DNA of 64,000 nucleotides from an uncultured bacterium (GTDB lineage Bacteria > Verrucomicrobiota > Verrucomicrobiia > Limisphaerales > UBA8199), in assembly GCA_963749495.1 (NCBI GenBank), contig CAVVMW010000007.1:170570-234569 (forward strand). Reading direction: 5' to 3'. Below the pieces are notes generated by a model that was not told where the DNA came from, did no database searches, and worked only from the letters and a program-made list of their open reading frames with translations. Position 1 is the first letter of the stretch, and each line of letters begins with the position of its first letter. The translations under genes were made by a program, and so were the position numbers. Below are positions 12,128-22,497 of this stretch, in pieces.

Positions 12128-12681
12128 CTACTTCTTGAAGATCCCGGCTGCGCAGATGGCCAATCCGGGGAAGTGAATGGAGTGGAACGTTTCGCCCACG
12201 GCGTAGGTTGCGGCGGGCTTTTGGGCGTCGGCCTGCAGATGATAGACATGGACCAGCCGGGTCTCGGGGTCCACCACCCAAAGCTCCTTCACCCCGGTGC
12301 GGGCATAGACCCGCAGCTTCGCCTTCTTGTCGAGATAGGCATTGCTGGGGGAAAGAATCTCGACGACGAAATCGGGTGTGCCTTCAACGCCGGCATCCGT
12401 GAGCACGCCAAAGTTCTCCCGCTTGACGAAGACGATGTCCGGCTGGAATACATCGTTCTCGCTCAGATAAACGTCGAACGGGGCGTCGTAAAGCTCGCCC
12501 AGCGGGTGCTCCTCCAGGTATTTCAGCAGCATGAACTCGATATTCCTCGAATGACCTGGTGGTAACGGTTCGGGGCCGGTGACATGTAGAGTTCTCCTTC
12601 GACGAGCTGCCACCGCGGTCCGCTGTCGGGCAGCAGCCGGTAGTCTTCCTTGGTGAGCATCGGCGCGCTTACATCTGCCAT
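12128..12681 (-). CDS. Uma2 family (DUF820) endonuclease-fold protein; 1-nt frameshift near 12550
   Basis: MLTKEDYRLLPDSGPRWQLVEGELYMSPAPNRYHQ, then in another frame QPDIVFV, PDFVVEILSPS, D.K.K...YA..GVKELWVVDP. Confidence 0.85.
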
Positions 12682-12821
12682 GGCCGGACCTTACACCGGA
12701 GCCCAAGGCGGGTCAAGAGCCGCCGCTACAGCTTCATTGAGGGTCCGGTCGCCCAACCTCGGCACGATTAGCCGTTTGCCGCGCGCGGTACCGCGCCGAC
12801 AAGCGGGGAGCGTCGGGCGGG

Positions 12822-13052
12822 CTACGGCCCTTTCGACGAGGAGGCCTCGAGCGGTTCCACCAGTCTGATCTGGGAGGCATTGACAATTCTGAAACGCCCT
12901 TGCTCATCGTAAAGAACCACGGTCTGCCCGTCCGGGCTCACCATCAGGTAGTCGGTATGCGTGACGATGAAAGATTGCTGGTTTCCAAGAACAATCCGAA
13001 TGGGACGAAAAGGCTCAGCGTGCAGCAGTTCTCTGATCTCATCCACTATCAT
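12822..13052 (-). CDS. Small conserved hypothetical protein of PVC type
   Basis: MIVDEIRELLHAEPFRPIRIVL...VTHTDYLMVSPDG pattern. Confidence 0.65.
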   Translation of the reverse strand: MIVDEIRELLHAEPFRPIRIVLGNQQSFIVTHTDYLMVSPDGQTVVLYDEQGRFRIVNASQIRLVEPLEASSSKGP

Positions 13053-13156
13053 GCATCCCATTTTAGCCGGTGCCCCGAGCCACGGCAACCGGATTCGGCA
13101 ACAAGGGACTTTCGTTCTGTTCAGGAGGCGAGGGTCTTGCTATTCAGGGAGGCCGA

Positions 13157-13310
13157 ATGAACTACCGCGATTTTGGGCGGCTGGGCTGGAAGGTCTCGGC
13201 CCTGGGGTTTTCGCTCCATGATGAATTCGAGGCCTTCCCGGAGATCCTCGACGGCTGCGAGGATTGGAGGTTCTGCCAGATCCAGTACAACTACCTGGAT
13301 GCCGAAGGTC
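13157..13310 (+). pseudogene. Collapsed aldo/keto reductase remnant
   Basis: N-terminus MNYRDFGRLGWKVSALGF joined directly to the mid-protein motif GFSxHD...[11 protein letters not shown], then truncated; GGAGG RBS upstream. Confidence 0.75.
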
Positions 13311-14364
13311 CATGCCCTGCTCGGAGGCCCAGGCACTGCGCCGTAGCCTCCACCACCCTGCGCATGTCCTGGGCACAGACCATCAAGCTGGTCACGGCCC
13401 GGATGGTGTCGGGACCAACCGCCAGGACGAGCACGTTTTGGGACTTGAGCCGCTCGGCCAATTGCTGGGCGGGCATAGAGAGGAGTCGAAACCGGACCAT
13501 GTTCGTCTCGACGGCGGCGGGGTCGGATTCCAGCCCCTGGAGTCCGGCCAGGCCACAGGCCAGCGCCTTGGCGTGGGCGTGGTCCTCGGCCAGGCGGGCG
13601 CGGTGATGGCGCAAGGCAAAGAGCGCGCCGGCGGCGATGATGCCGGCCTGGCGCATGCCGCCCCCCAGCATCTTGCGGAAGCGCCGGGCGCGCTCGATGA
13701 GACTCCTGGACCCAACCAGCGCCGAGCCCACCGGCGCCCCCAGCCCTTTGGAAAAACAGACACTGACGGTGTCGAATGGGGCGGCGTAGTCCCGCTCCGC
13801 AACGCCCGTGGCCACCGAGGCGTTCCAGAGCCGGGCGCCATCCAGGTGCATCCGCAGCCCGTGCTTGCGGGCGGCGGCCCCAACCTCCCGGATCTGCTCC
13901 AGGGACCAGACCTTGCCGCCGCCGCGGTTGTGCGTGTTTTCCACGCAAACCAGCCGCGTGCGCGGGAAATGCGGGTCCACGGGGCGCAAAGCCGCCTCGA
14001 CCGCCGCGGCGCCGAAGATGCCGCGTTCGCCGTTAAGGCAGCGGCACATGACCCCGGACAGGGCGGCCGGCCCGCCCCCCTCGTAGTAATAGACGTGAGC
14101 GTTGGCTTCGACCAGGATCTCGTCGCCCGGCTCGGTGTGGGTGCGCACGGCCAGTTGGTTGGCCATGGTCCCGGAGGCGGTGTAGAGCGCCGCCTCCTTG
14201 CCGAGCAGCGCGGCGGTCTCGGCCTCCAGCGCCTGGACCGTCGGGTCGTCTCCGAAAACGTCATCGCCCACTTCCGCCTCTGCCATGGCCTGGCGCATTG
14301 CCGGCGTGGGTTTGGTCACTGTGTCGCTGCGCAAATCAATCACTGGCGAAGTCTGGTGCATCAT
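13291..14364 (-). CDS. ltaE: Low-specificity L-threonine aldolase
   Basis: [52 protein letters not shown]. Confidence 0.95.
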   Translation of the reverse strand: MMHQTSPVIDLRSDTVTKPTPAMRQAMAEAEVGDDVFGDDPTVQALEAETAALLGKEAALYTASGTMANQLAVRTHTEPGDEILVEANAHVYYYEGGGPAALSGVMCRCLNGERGIFGAAAVEAALRPVDPHFPRTRLVCVENTHNRGGGKVWSLEQIREVGAAARKHGLRMHLDGARLWNASVATGVAERDYAAPFDTVSVCFSKGLGAPVGSALVGSRSLIERARRFRKMLGGGMRQAGIIAAGALFALRHHRARLAEDHAHAKALACGLAGLQGLESDPAAVETNMVRFRLLSMPAQQLAERLKSQNVLVLAVGPDTIRAVTSLMVCAQDMRRVVEATAQCLGLRAGHGPSASR

Positions 14365-15120
14365 GCCCGCAGCATCGCCCAATTCAACCCAAACCGGAAG
14401 CGGAAACGTGAAACGTTAAACGTGAAGCGCCGCGGCTCGTCTCGTGGCATCGGCTATCGGCTATCCAGCCTTCACAATATTATCTTGTATTCTCCGTATT
14501 GCGCGAAGAATTCCTGTAAGATGCTTCGTTGCAATATATTACGCTGGCGAACCGCGCCGTCTGGTGCCGGGAAAACGGTCGGTGACGGCCAGGGGAACGC
14601 CAATTCCAGCTCCCGGATCGTTCAGCGGCTGAGGATTTTTCGGCGGGCAGGCAGGGCCAGGAAATGGGGACACCCTGGGCGCGGTCTGTGACTGACCAGC
14701 GCCTCCGGCTGCCATGGTCACCAGTCTCCGCTGGGGGCAGTAGCGAAGCCGCCGGCCAAATCCACCGCACCGGTCCTGCGGGGCGGTTCTGCGAACTCCC
14801 GCCCAACACCGCCATGGGTCAACGGGGCACCGGTTTCGTAAACCTAAAACGACCCCCATCCGACTCCCCCGGAAAACGGGCGTACTCCGGCTTGAACCCT
14901 GCAAAATAAGGGGAAAATCGATGCCCGCCTGCCAGCGAGAGCCCCTAAAAGACGGGTCCATCCGGGGTTCCACAAGGCCATTTTTGGCCTTACGGGGTTC
15001 AACAAAGGGATCAACATTTCCAGCCACTGGCCGTCGCGGTGCCGACATTTCTCCGTCGCGGCTTGGCGGCGGTCTGGAAAATCGTTGCCAGGGGCAAAGT
15101 GCGGTTCCTGCTGCGTCCGG

Positions 15121-15775
15121 TTAGCAGGTGAAGGGGCGGCCAGGTTCACTGCCTCTGACGTCCAGCCATGCCCGGAGAGCGCCCTGGGTGACTTCCGGGA
15201 CGCTCAAAACCTGTTTCGATGTTTTCCATTTCCCCCTGACCGCCAGGGTCGGCTGGGCGATGTCAACGTCCTCGACATCCAGTGACACGACCTCCCCGCA
15301 TCGGAGCGCCAGGTCGTAAAGCAGGCGCAATGCGCAGCGGTCCCGGACGGCTTTAGGGGTCCATTTGCCGCGCAGTTCATCCAGCAAGTGCCGGAACCCC
15401 TGTTTCCCTCGCCCCCGCGTGTCCCGGAATGGCATGGATTTGACGTTGCGGACCTCCAAGGGCCAAGGGACCAGCCCCATAATCCGGGCGAGTTGGACCA
15501 GTGACCTCAGCGCCGCCAACCGGCGATTGACCCTGGCGGATTGCAACCCCCGTTCGACCAGGTTGGTCTTGTAGGCCAGGGCCGTGGCGTTGGCGGGGCC
15601 GTGGCCGTTGGAGAGTAGCACCTTGGCTGCTTCATCCACCGTGGAAGCCCCCATGAAAGCCTGGAAATCGGCCAAGTCCTGGGAGTAGGCTTTGACGGTG
15701 CGCTCGTTCCGGCCTGAGAGGAAGGCATGGACCAGATCAGTTTCCGTGATGGTGCCGCCCCTGGCAGGGGGCATT
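15121..15775 (-). pseudogene. Tyrosine recombinase/integrase, C-terminally truncated
   Basis: SAM-like N-domain (TVKAYSQDLADF, VNRRLAALRSL) and box I (RDRCALRLLYDLALRCGEV); HxxR and catalytic Tyr region absent. Confidence 0.8.
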
Positions 15776-15900
15776 CTGCTGACCGGACTCAGAGCGAGTT
15801 GCAAATTCACGGTCCATATTACGGGCCGGGAATGGGTTTGGAAACCGTTTTTGTAAACAGTCTTAATCAAACCACCGTCGCTGGGCCTTGGCAAACCCTC

Positions 15901-16359
15901 TTAGTAACCTTCCACAAACCCTTTGATCCATTGCTCGCGGGCTTCACCCTGCAAATTCCCTGGGCATCTTGACTCTGCGAGCCCGTAGGCTGATTCACTT
16001 GTATGCGTTTGCACCGAGTGGGTTCGACGACCATAATCTTGCGCGATTTTGTGAAATGCTTCTCCCTCTGCTTTACCAGCTTTGAAGTTTGGCTCATCCG
16101 GAATCAACGCCCCGATAATGGCCAAAACAATGATGACGATGATGGTGATGCCCAAGCAACCGCCGCACCCTTTACCTGCACCGACGGCTGGTGCGCGTGA
16201 GGCTGCCGGAGCACTCTGCGCGGCGCTCCGCTGCGGTGGCAAAGGGCTCGAAGGCTGCGTCTCCTTTCTGAAACTCGGCAGTGGAAAGCCGCAGTGAGGA
16301 CACGTCTTCGCTGCGGTGGAGACCTCCTTTGTGCACTCTGGACAATTAGTAAGCGCCAC
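15901..16359 (-). CDS. Zinc-ribbon plus single-TM protein
   Basis: CPEC...CPHCG, GCGGCLG plus hydrophobic helix; GGAG RBS before GTG. Confidence 0.75.
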   Translation of the reverse strand: MALTNCPECTKEVSTAAKTCPHCGFPLPSFRKETQPSSPLPPQRSAAQSAPAASRAPAVGAGKGCGGCLGITIIVIIVLAIIGALIPDEPNFKAGKAEGEAFHKIAQDYGRRTHSVQTHTSESAYGLAESRCPGNLQGEAREQWIKGFVEGY

Positions 16360-16370
16360 GCTCAATCTCC

Positions 16371-16880
16371 TCAATGACGGTCCATCCGAAGGCTGTCCGC
16401 CGCCACGAAGGCGGTTTTCCTCGAGGACGGACCTTCCAGTATTTCAACTTGGGCCACAAAGGCATAGTTCTTCTCGCCCGCGACGGCCTCTAATCGGGTA
16501 AGGGCCGCCTTGTAAACATCGTAGTAAGCAATCACCTTGACCGTCGTGTTCTGAGGAATTTTGAAGAGTTTCCCCTCGGATTCGAACTTTCCATCGATCT
16601 CATGAAGTTGCTGTTTACTTGGTCCGGCGATCCCGAATTTCTTGTATTGGGCCAAGTAATCCTCAAAAGCGAATTGGTCGCGCAGGACAAGAATGTCGGA
16701 CCCAGAGGCATCAAAGCAGTAAGCCTTGTCCCCGACTGCTGGCAGTTGGCGCCCCCTGGCATCGACGATTTCTGGACCACGGGAGCACGCTACCAAAATG
16801 AAGGCGCTGATGAAAACGACCGACTTGGCTCCTACCACAATTGTCACATTCGTTAACGTTGCGTATTTCGGAAATACCAT
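16371..16880 (-). CDS. Putative lipoprotein
   Basis: Lipobox-like ILVAC; overlaps neighbours like an operon. Confidence 0.6.
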   Translation of the reverse strand: MVFPKYATLTNVTIVVGAKSVVFISAFILVACSRGPEIVDARGRQLPAVGDKAYCFDASGSDILVLRDQFAFEDYLAQYKKFGIAGPSKQQLHEIDGKFESEGKLFKIPQNTTVKVIAYYDVYKAALTRLEAVAGEKNYAFVAQVEILEGPSSRKTAFVAADSLRMDRH

Positions 16881-17251
16881 GTGTTTCCTTTCTTCACGAG
16901 ACTCACAGACCCGTCGAAACTTCTCAGTGTGCCATTAGAGGCGCGTGGGTCTGAATACCATCGCGAGCGCTGCCCGCCACTCTCCGATATGGTCGTCTCG
17001 ACACCAGTGGTTACGCACTTCGCCTCATAATCATAGACAAAGGTATCCTCGCCTCTGGAATGCTCGACGTATTTGTTCGTGATTTTGTAGCTCTGAAAAA
17101 GCGGATTGCTACCACCACCGCCGATGGTCTGCCTGAGCTGCCAGTCCACCGCCTGGCTGATGACATTGGGTGGAGGACTACCAGAACAACCAGACAGTAG
17201 GACCAGCGCCATAAGGGCTGTCACCGCAAGGGGGATTCTTCGGGTTTTCAT
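16853..17251 (-). CDS. Putative lipoprotein
   Basis: MKTRR plus hydrophobic stretch plus LLSGC lipobox. Confidence 0.7.
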   Translation of the reverse strand: MKTRRIPLAVTALMALVLLSGCSGSPPPNVISQAVDWQLRQTIGGGGSNPLFQSYKITNKYVEHSRGEDTFVYDYEAKCVTTGVETTISESGGQRSRWYSDPRASNGTLRSFDGSVSLVKKGNTWYFRNTQR

Positions 17252-17280
17252 AGGGATGCGCTACGGCCTGAGTGTGGACT

Positions 17281-20130
17281 TCACTTATTCGCTGGGGCAG
17301 ACTTGAGAATGGAGAGCACATCCGGGTCTTTGGCGAGATCAATGGCGGTCTTCCCGAAGCGGTTTGTTTTACTCGGGTCGGCGCCTTTTTCGATTAGGAG
17401 TTTCACGACTTTTGGGTAGCCACGCTGCGCGGCGAGCATGAGCGGAGTGCTGCCGACAGCGTCAGTAGCATTGATATCGCCGCCGTCTTCCAAGTAACGA
17501 GTTGTGGTCTCAACATTGCCTAAGCGCGCGGCATTCAAAAGCATTACGTTTTTGACTTTTTGGTCGGCGAGCGATTGGGCCTTGTGGAGGTCTGCGAGGA
17601 TTTCGCCAACGCGATCAGCAGTCTGGTTAGGCGACGGTGTGTTGGGGTTGTTTTTCTGGTCATGGCTGGTGCCGCTGTCGGCGGGGGCTTGTGCCTTTGG
17701 AGCGCTCTCGATCATTGCGGCGATTTCCGGGGACTGCTCCCGGAGTCGGGAGTCGTCAGAGACTCCGGTTCCCCACTTATCCTTGATCGTGGGGTTAGCT
17801 CCTGCTTGGAGGAGCAGGGCGACCATTTCCTTATTGGCGTTGCGCGCGGCGATGATGAGCGGCGTCTCCCCATCTTCGTTTTGGAGGTTAATGGGGGCGC
17901 CTTTCTCGATGAGGAGCTTCGCCAAGTCTGGCTTCTTCTGGTGTGAAGCGATGTGCAGCGCCGTGTTTGCGAGCCGATTCGTAAGGGCAACCTTCGCGCC
18001 GTGGGCCAGCAGGAAGGCGGCCATCTCCTGCTTTTCGTCCTGAACTGCGAGCATCAGCGGGGTGTTATTCTGCTGGCCAGGGAGATCAATGTTTGCCTTG
18101 CCATCGACCAATGCTTTTACCGCCTCAAGGTGCCCGTTGATGGCTGCCAGGTGTAGAGCAGTATCTCCGCCAGGTGTTGCAGCATCCACGGCCGCATGAG
18201 CGGTTACGAGTTCTTTGACTGCTTCGGCCTTGCCGTTGGCCGCCGCAAACATGAGCGGGGTTGTCTCCTCCATGCTTGAAACCCGGTTGACGCCGGCGTG
18301 AGCTGCTATCAAGGCGCGGATGATTTGGGGATAGCCACCCGCGGCCGCGACCATAAGCGGCGTTGTGCCTTCGGCACTTCGAGCATCAACCACTGCACCC
18401 CCGGTGATCGCGTCTTGCACTAATTGGCGGTTGCCTTCCGCGCAAGCGCTGAGCAACCGCTTTTCCAGATCAAAAGTGCGCCGTAGCGTTTCTGCCTGGT
18501 CCTCCTCTGGTCTGCCTTGGGTGGCTGCCTGCCACACCTTGGTGACTTCCCCGTAAATGTCTTCGCTTCTCTGGTAACGGTCTTTGCGGATGACAAAGGT
18601 TACTCTGACTGGCAACATGGAGCCGCCGGAGGATTCGGCTTTCACGAGCGCATCCTTCAACGCTTGTGCATCTGATTTTCGCCAGTAAAGGTTGGCCTCG
18701 ACGCCGTTTGAATCGAGGAGTCGGAAGGCGTAGTGTGTCTGCCTGGTGTTGCTTCTGCTATCCGAGTAGCCGTAATTGAAATATGTGGAGAGCGAAATCT
18801 GTCCTTCGGCTGTAACTTCTTTATCGAGGTATTTTTCCTGATTCAGTTGAATTTCACGAAGATTTACTGTGCAGCCGCCGGTCTTTGCCCTGAGGGTGGC
18901 CGCAGTTTTGAGCAGTTCAGCGTCCTTGGCGTGGTGGTTCGCGAGAGCAAGATCCAGCGGCGTATGCCCGGCGGCATCCTTGAAATTCGGATCGGCACCA
19001 CTGGCCAGGAGGGTCCGGGTGATGGCAGTGTTGCCGGATTCAGCGGCGAGCATAAGGGCTGTTTTCCCAGATGCGTCGGTAATGTTGATGTCAAATCCGG
19101 GATACAAAAATCGGCGTGCTGTTTCAAAATCGCCATTCTTTGCGGCGATGAAGAATGGGGCGTAATGTCCCCTAGCCGAGGCGGGAACGACCAGGTCCGC
19201 TCGCAGAATCTCGGCGTAGATATCGTCGGTACGCTCATAGCGCTCATTGAGAATGACGAAGGTAACCTTGGCCGTGAGTCTCCGAGCCCCGGTGGACTCT
19301 GCATTGAGGAGGGCGTCTTTGAGTGGCTGGGCTTCGGACTTCTTCCAATAGAGGTAGGCTTCCACGCCGTTTGCTTCCAGCCGGAATGCGTAGTGTGTCT
19401 GCCTGGTGTTGCTTCTGCTATCCGAATAGCCGTAATTGAAATATGTGGACAGGGACAGAGCCCCCTCGACTGTGACTTCTTTGCCGATGTATTTCTCTTG
19501 GTTTAGCTGGAGTTCACGAAGGTTGATGCCGGTTTGAGCGCCATTCGATATCTCTGTGTGCTGGGCTGACCCCTGGGGAGAAGTGTCCTGCTCCGTTTCG
19601 ATGGTGACCTTCAGCCCTTCGATGTAGTAGGTGTTTTGCGCGTCGGCATACCGCCTGAGGACGCCCGTTGTGGTAACAGGGGTGTGGGAGAAATCTTTCT
19701 CAGCGAGGATCGCGGCCTTCTCGGCCTTGGTCAGGCCGTCATAGAGGATTTCAATGGAGTTGTCGGCCTGCCTGATGCTGAAGCTCTTGCGCTCATTGTG
19801 CTTGAACTCGAACGTGCCCTTCATTGTTACCGTTTTGTCGAGATAGTTCTCTGGACTCAAGAGGATTTGGTTGTAAGAAATCTCGGCGGCGGCGGTTGGC
19901 TGTGCCCAACAGCTAAGTTGCAACAGGACAATCAGGATTGCTGGTAAGGCTTGGTGGCCTGTTCTTGTTGGGTGGATCAAAATGTGCTTGCGCGCCCGCG
20001 CCTTTTTACCGCCATAGGGTTTAATGGGCTCTGAACGCGGCTTTGCTTGGCTCTCCCGCAGCCACGGCCCAAGGCAGCCAGGCTTACAAAGACCCCCAGA
20101 GGAATACGCGAATGCTTGGGCAGTTTTCAT
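17281..20130 (-). CDS. Exported ankyrin-repeat protein with three OB-fold-like modules
   Basis: Many G.T(P/A)L..AA..G repeats; modules of type xL.xxEKYxxKxVTxxG; signal-like LPAILIVLLQLSCWAQ. True start may be downstream of 20130. Confidence 0.85.
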   Translation of the reverse strand: MKTAQAFAYSSGGLCKPGCLGPWLRESQAKPRSEPIKPYGGKKARARKHILIHPTRTGHQALPAILIVLLQLSCWAQPTAAAEISYNQILLSPENYLDKTVTMKGTFEFKHNERKSFSIRQADNSIEILYDGLTKAEKAAILAEKDFSHTPVTTTGVLRRYADAQNTYYIEGLKVTIETEQDTSPQGSAQHTEISNGAQTGINLRELQLNQEKYIGKEVTVEGALSLSTYFNYGYSDSRSNTRQTHYAFRLEANGVEAYLYWKKSEAQPLKDALLNAESTGARRLTAKVTFVILNERYERTDDIYAEILRADLVVPASARGHYAPFFIAAKNGDFETARRFLYPGFDINITDASGKTALMLAAESGNTAITRTLLASGADPNFKDAAGHTPLDLALANHHAKDAELLKTAATLRAKTGGCTVNLREIQLNQEKYLDKEVTAEGQISLSTYFNYGYSDSRSNTRQTHYAFRLLDSNGVEANLYWRKSDAQALKDALVKAESSGGSMLPVRVTFVIRKDRYQRSEDIYGEVTKVWQAATQGRPEEDQAETLRRTFDLEKRLLSACAEGNRQLVQDAITGGAVVDARSAEGTTPLMVAAAGGYPQIIRALIAAHAGVNRVSSMEETTPLMFAAANGKAEAVKELVTAHAAVDAATPGGDTALHLAAINGHLEAVKALVDGKANIDLPGQQNNTPLMLAVQDEKQEMAAFLLAHGAKVALTNRLANTALHIASHQKKPDLAKLLIEKGAPINLQNEDGETPLIIAARNANKEMVALLLQAGANPTIKDKWGTGVSDDSRLREQSPEIAAMIESAPKAQAPADSGTSHDQKNNPNTPSPNQTADRVGEILADLHKAQSLADQKVKNVMLLNAARLGNVETTTRYLEDGGDINATDAVGSTPLMLAAQRGYPKVVKLLIEKGADPSKTNRFGKTAIDLAKDPDVLSILKSAPANK

Positions 20131-20245
20131 AAAAGTGTGGCGCCGTTCGTCGGGCCTATGGATAAATCCAACGCTCGCTTTCTGTCAACGCAAATAATCC
20201 GCAAATATTCCGCATACGGAATGGCACCTTCTGCATGATGCCGGT

Positions 20246-20479
20246 GTGCCGAGCCGATTTGACAGGCAGTTCGCCGCTTTCCTGCGGAAAAAGCAGGGTG
20301 GCACGACTTATGCGCGGTTTGCGAGGAAACTGGGCATTTCGGCATCTTCCCTCCATCGGCTTCAAAACCTAGAACAAAGCGCCACGCTCCAAAGGGTGGA
20401 CCAGATGCTGTGCCGGCTGAAATGCCGACTGCGCGATGTTTTTCCGGATGACGCCGGACCGGGGCGCAGGGAATTGTAA
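20246..20479 (+). CDS. XRE-family helix-turn-helix regulator
   Basis: TYARFARKLGISASSLHRLQNLEQSATL. Confidence 0.75.
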   Translation: MPSRFDRQFAAFLRKKQGGTTYARFARKLGISASSLHRLQNLEQSATLQRVDQMLCRLKCRLRDVFPDDAGPGRREL

Positions 20480-20592
20480 GGGTTTGGAGAAACCGTCCAT
20501 GGTATAGGGGACAAGGAGCTTGACGAGCCAACTCTCCGGGTCGGCAGGTCAGTCGCCGCCCGGGTGTCGGCTGGTTCTCCTGGAGCGAGCCG

Positions 20593-21541
20593 TCAGTCAC
20601 CGGCGCCGAGAATCGCGTCCAGTTTGTCTTGCAACGCTTCAATTCTCTGCTTGAGGTCGGCTGCTCTGCGGAGTCGCTTTGCAGACAAGCCAATAGCGTG
20701 TGTCCATGGCGCGGCTTCATTTTTGGCTATAATGGCACAAATCTTATGGATTGCCTCGCACTTCAGGCCCGCAGGTTGTCCTTTCCCCCCTCCGAAGTAC
20801 GGGAAGCACTTCGTGACAATCAAACGGGACCGTTGAGGGCCGATGGCATGCGCGCCGTCGAAGATCCACCAATTCGGGGTCCGATTGTGATGCTCCTCAA
20901 AATAACGGCGCACTTTTTCTTGGAGTTGGGGCGACGCGATTGCTGGGGCTACCGGGCCATCCTCGCACAGAAGGTCAAAAACCTTGAGCGGGACAAAGAC
21001 GATCCGTGCGGTGCTAAGCCAGAGCCTCAACTTCTGACGATGTCGCCTCTGCTCAGCAGGGAATTTCCGGTGCAGGTCTGGTTGCACGAACGGACCTATC
21101 GGCTCTCCTCGGAAAAGCCGCAAAAACTGCGCCTTTCGGATTTCTCGTGTGTTTCCAGTTGTCGGCCAGCACAGCAACTCGACAAAAGCGCACTTCCGAT
21201 GAACATCCGGAAAACCGCGCTCGGCTAGGCAACGAAACAGCGGGGCGAAAGTTTCGTTGTGAAATTTCCAGCCGGGGCCTTTCCGGCGAGGCGCTGGACG
21301 AGGCCAGATTGCCAGGCAGGCGGGATGGTGGACGTGATTCACCAAATGCGGATCGAACGGACTCCCAGTTCTGGTTTCCGTTCAGATAACCAGTCAAAAG
21401 AGGCCAGATGGGATGATGCACGTTGAAACCCGGGGGGAAGTTCGCATCCTTGCCCAAAAAGATGTATTTTGCTCCGCAAGGGTCGGTGCCTTGATAACCG
21501 GAGAAGTGGTCCTTTAGGGGTCTGTGAATCTTATAGGGCAT
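20593..21541 (-). CDS. Hypothetical protein split by one frameshift near 21345 (ORFs 21053-21577 and 20593-21345)
   Basis: YQGTDP..AKYIFLGKDANF continues plausibly as VHHP...FVELLCWPTTG in the adjacent frame. Confidence 0.5.
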
Positions 21542-21585
21542 GCCTCGATTAGGAGCAGACATGAGTGACGAAGTCAACCTTGATT

Positions 21586-22096
21586 TTAGGCTAGAGCCAA
21601 CCCCACGGCACTTAGGGAGAGGTGGCCCGCGGGCGGCCCGGGCGCCACAGCCTCGGCGTCGAGGGCCTGGTCACGAGCCGGCGGGGCATCGGCGTTGAGG
21701 CGGGCAGGCAGACCGCCAGGGCGCCACTGTCGAGCCGGGCCAGCAGGCGGCCAGCGTGCTCGCCAGGGCTTTGGCATTGGGCCGGTGGCGACCAGCAGGT
21801 CGCCAAGCCGCCATGGGCCTCGCCGTCGAGGCGGTGGAGGTCGCCCGGCGATGTCAGTCCAGGGTCGGCCAGGGTGGCCGCCCTGATGTCGAACCGGAGG
21901 CGCAGGCGGCCAGGATGGTCGCCAGTGCGGACAGGCCAAGGCTGCTCTCCCGAATTGAACCGGCACGGGGCCGGCATCGAGGCGGCAGTCGCCAGCAGAG
22001 CGCCCGGCCGTGGTCAGCAGCGGGTCGCAGGGCCGGCATGGCCTCGGTGTCGAGGGTCTGGTCACCAGTCGGCGGAGCATGGAAGGGGTCAGCCAT
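21586..22096 (-). pseudogene. Degraded GC-rich ORF with an internal direct repeat
   Basis: APPxxDQxLDxEA occurs twice (DNA about 21651-21690 and 22042-22080); coding-like pieces in several frames. Confidence 0.35.
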
Positions 22097-22140
22097 AGCT
22101 TGGGACGGCTGGAACCGCGGCCGTCACCCGTCCGGATTCA

Positions 22141-22288
22141 AAAAGCCTCGGATTTACCGGGGTTTCAATGCGGTCGTGTTCGAAAAAGCCTGAATCTACC
22201 GAGGTTGTAGCGCCGTGCAGCACCCTGTGTAGCACCCTGGACCTCGAAAAGAGCCTGGATTTACCGAGGTTGTAGCAGTTCAGCACCT
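22141..22288. repeat. Three imperfect 24-32-nt direct repeats plus three AGCACC(C)T motifs (iteron-like)
   Basis: AAAAGCCTCGGATTTACCGGGGTT / AAAAGCCTGAATCTACCGAGGTTGTAGC / AAAAGAGCCTGGATTTACCGAGGTTGTAGC. Confidence 0.7.
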
Positions 22289-22497
22289 CCAGACCCCCAA
22301 GGGGGGGGACGGGGCCGGAGGGACCAGAGGGGAAGCCAAACCAGTGACACAAGCTTGCCGTCGGCGGCAGTTCATTGCCCGCTGTTCTCAATCCTAACCG
22401 CATCTCCGCGCTCCTCACGTCCGCAACTGCCGGTCCCGCGAGCGGCATCCGGCAAGCCGATTATTACCGTCGTCCCCCCGCCCCACATCTCCCGTTC

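Noticed and set aside
14460..15120. Possible ncRNA or att/dif site left of the integrase (short GGGGTTC(C/A)ACAA repeats)
   Set aside because: No convincing structure or match to dif or tRNA ends by eye.
18728..19449. DGR-like template/variable repeat pair in the ankyrin gene
   Set aside because: Both copies are in-frame coding modules differing by one synonymous base, and no reverse transcriptase is present.
22141..22288. CRISPR array
   Set aside because: Only three degenerate repeats with irregular spacing, and no cas genes.
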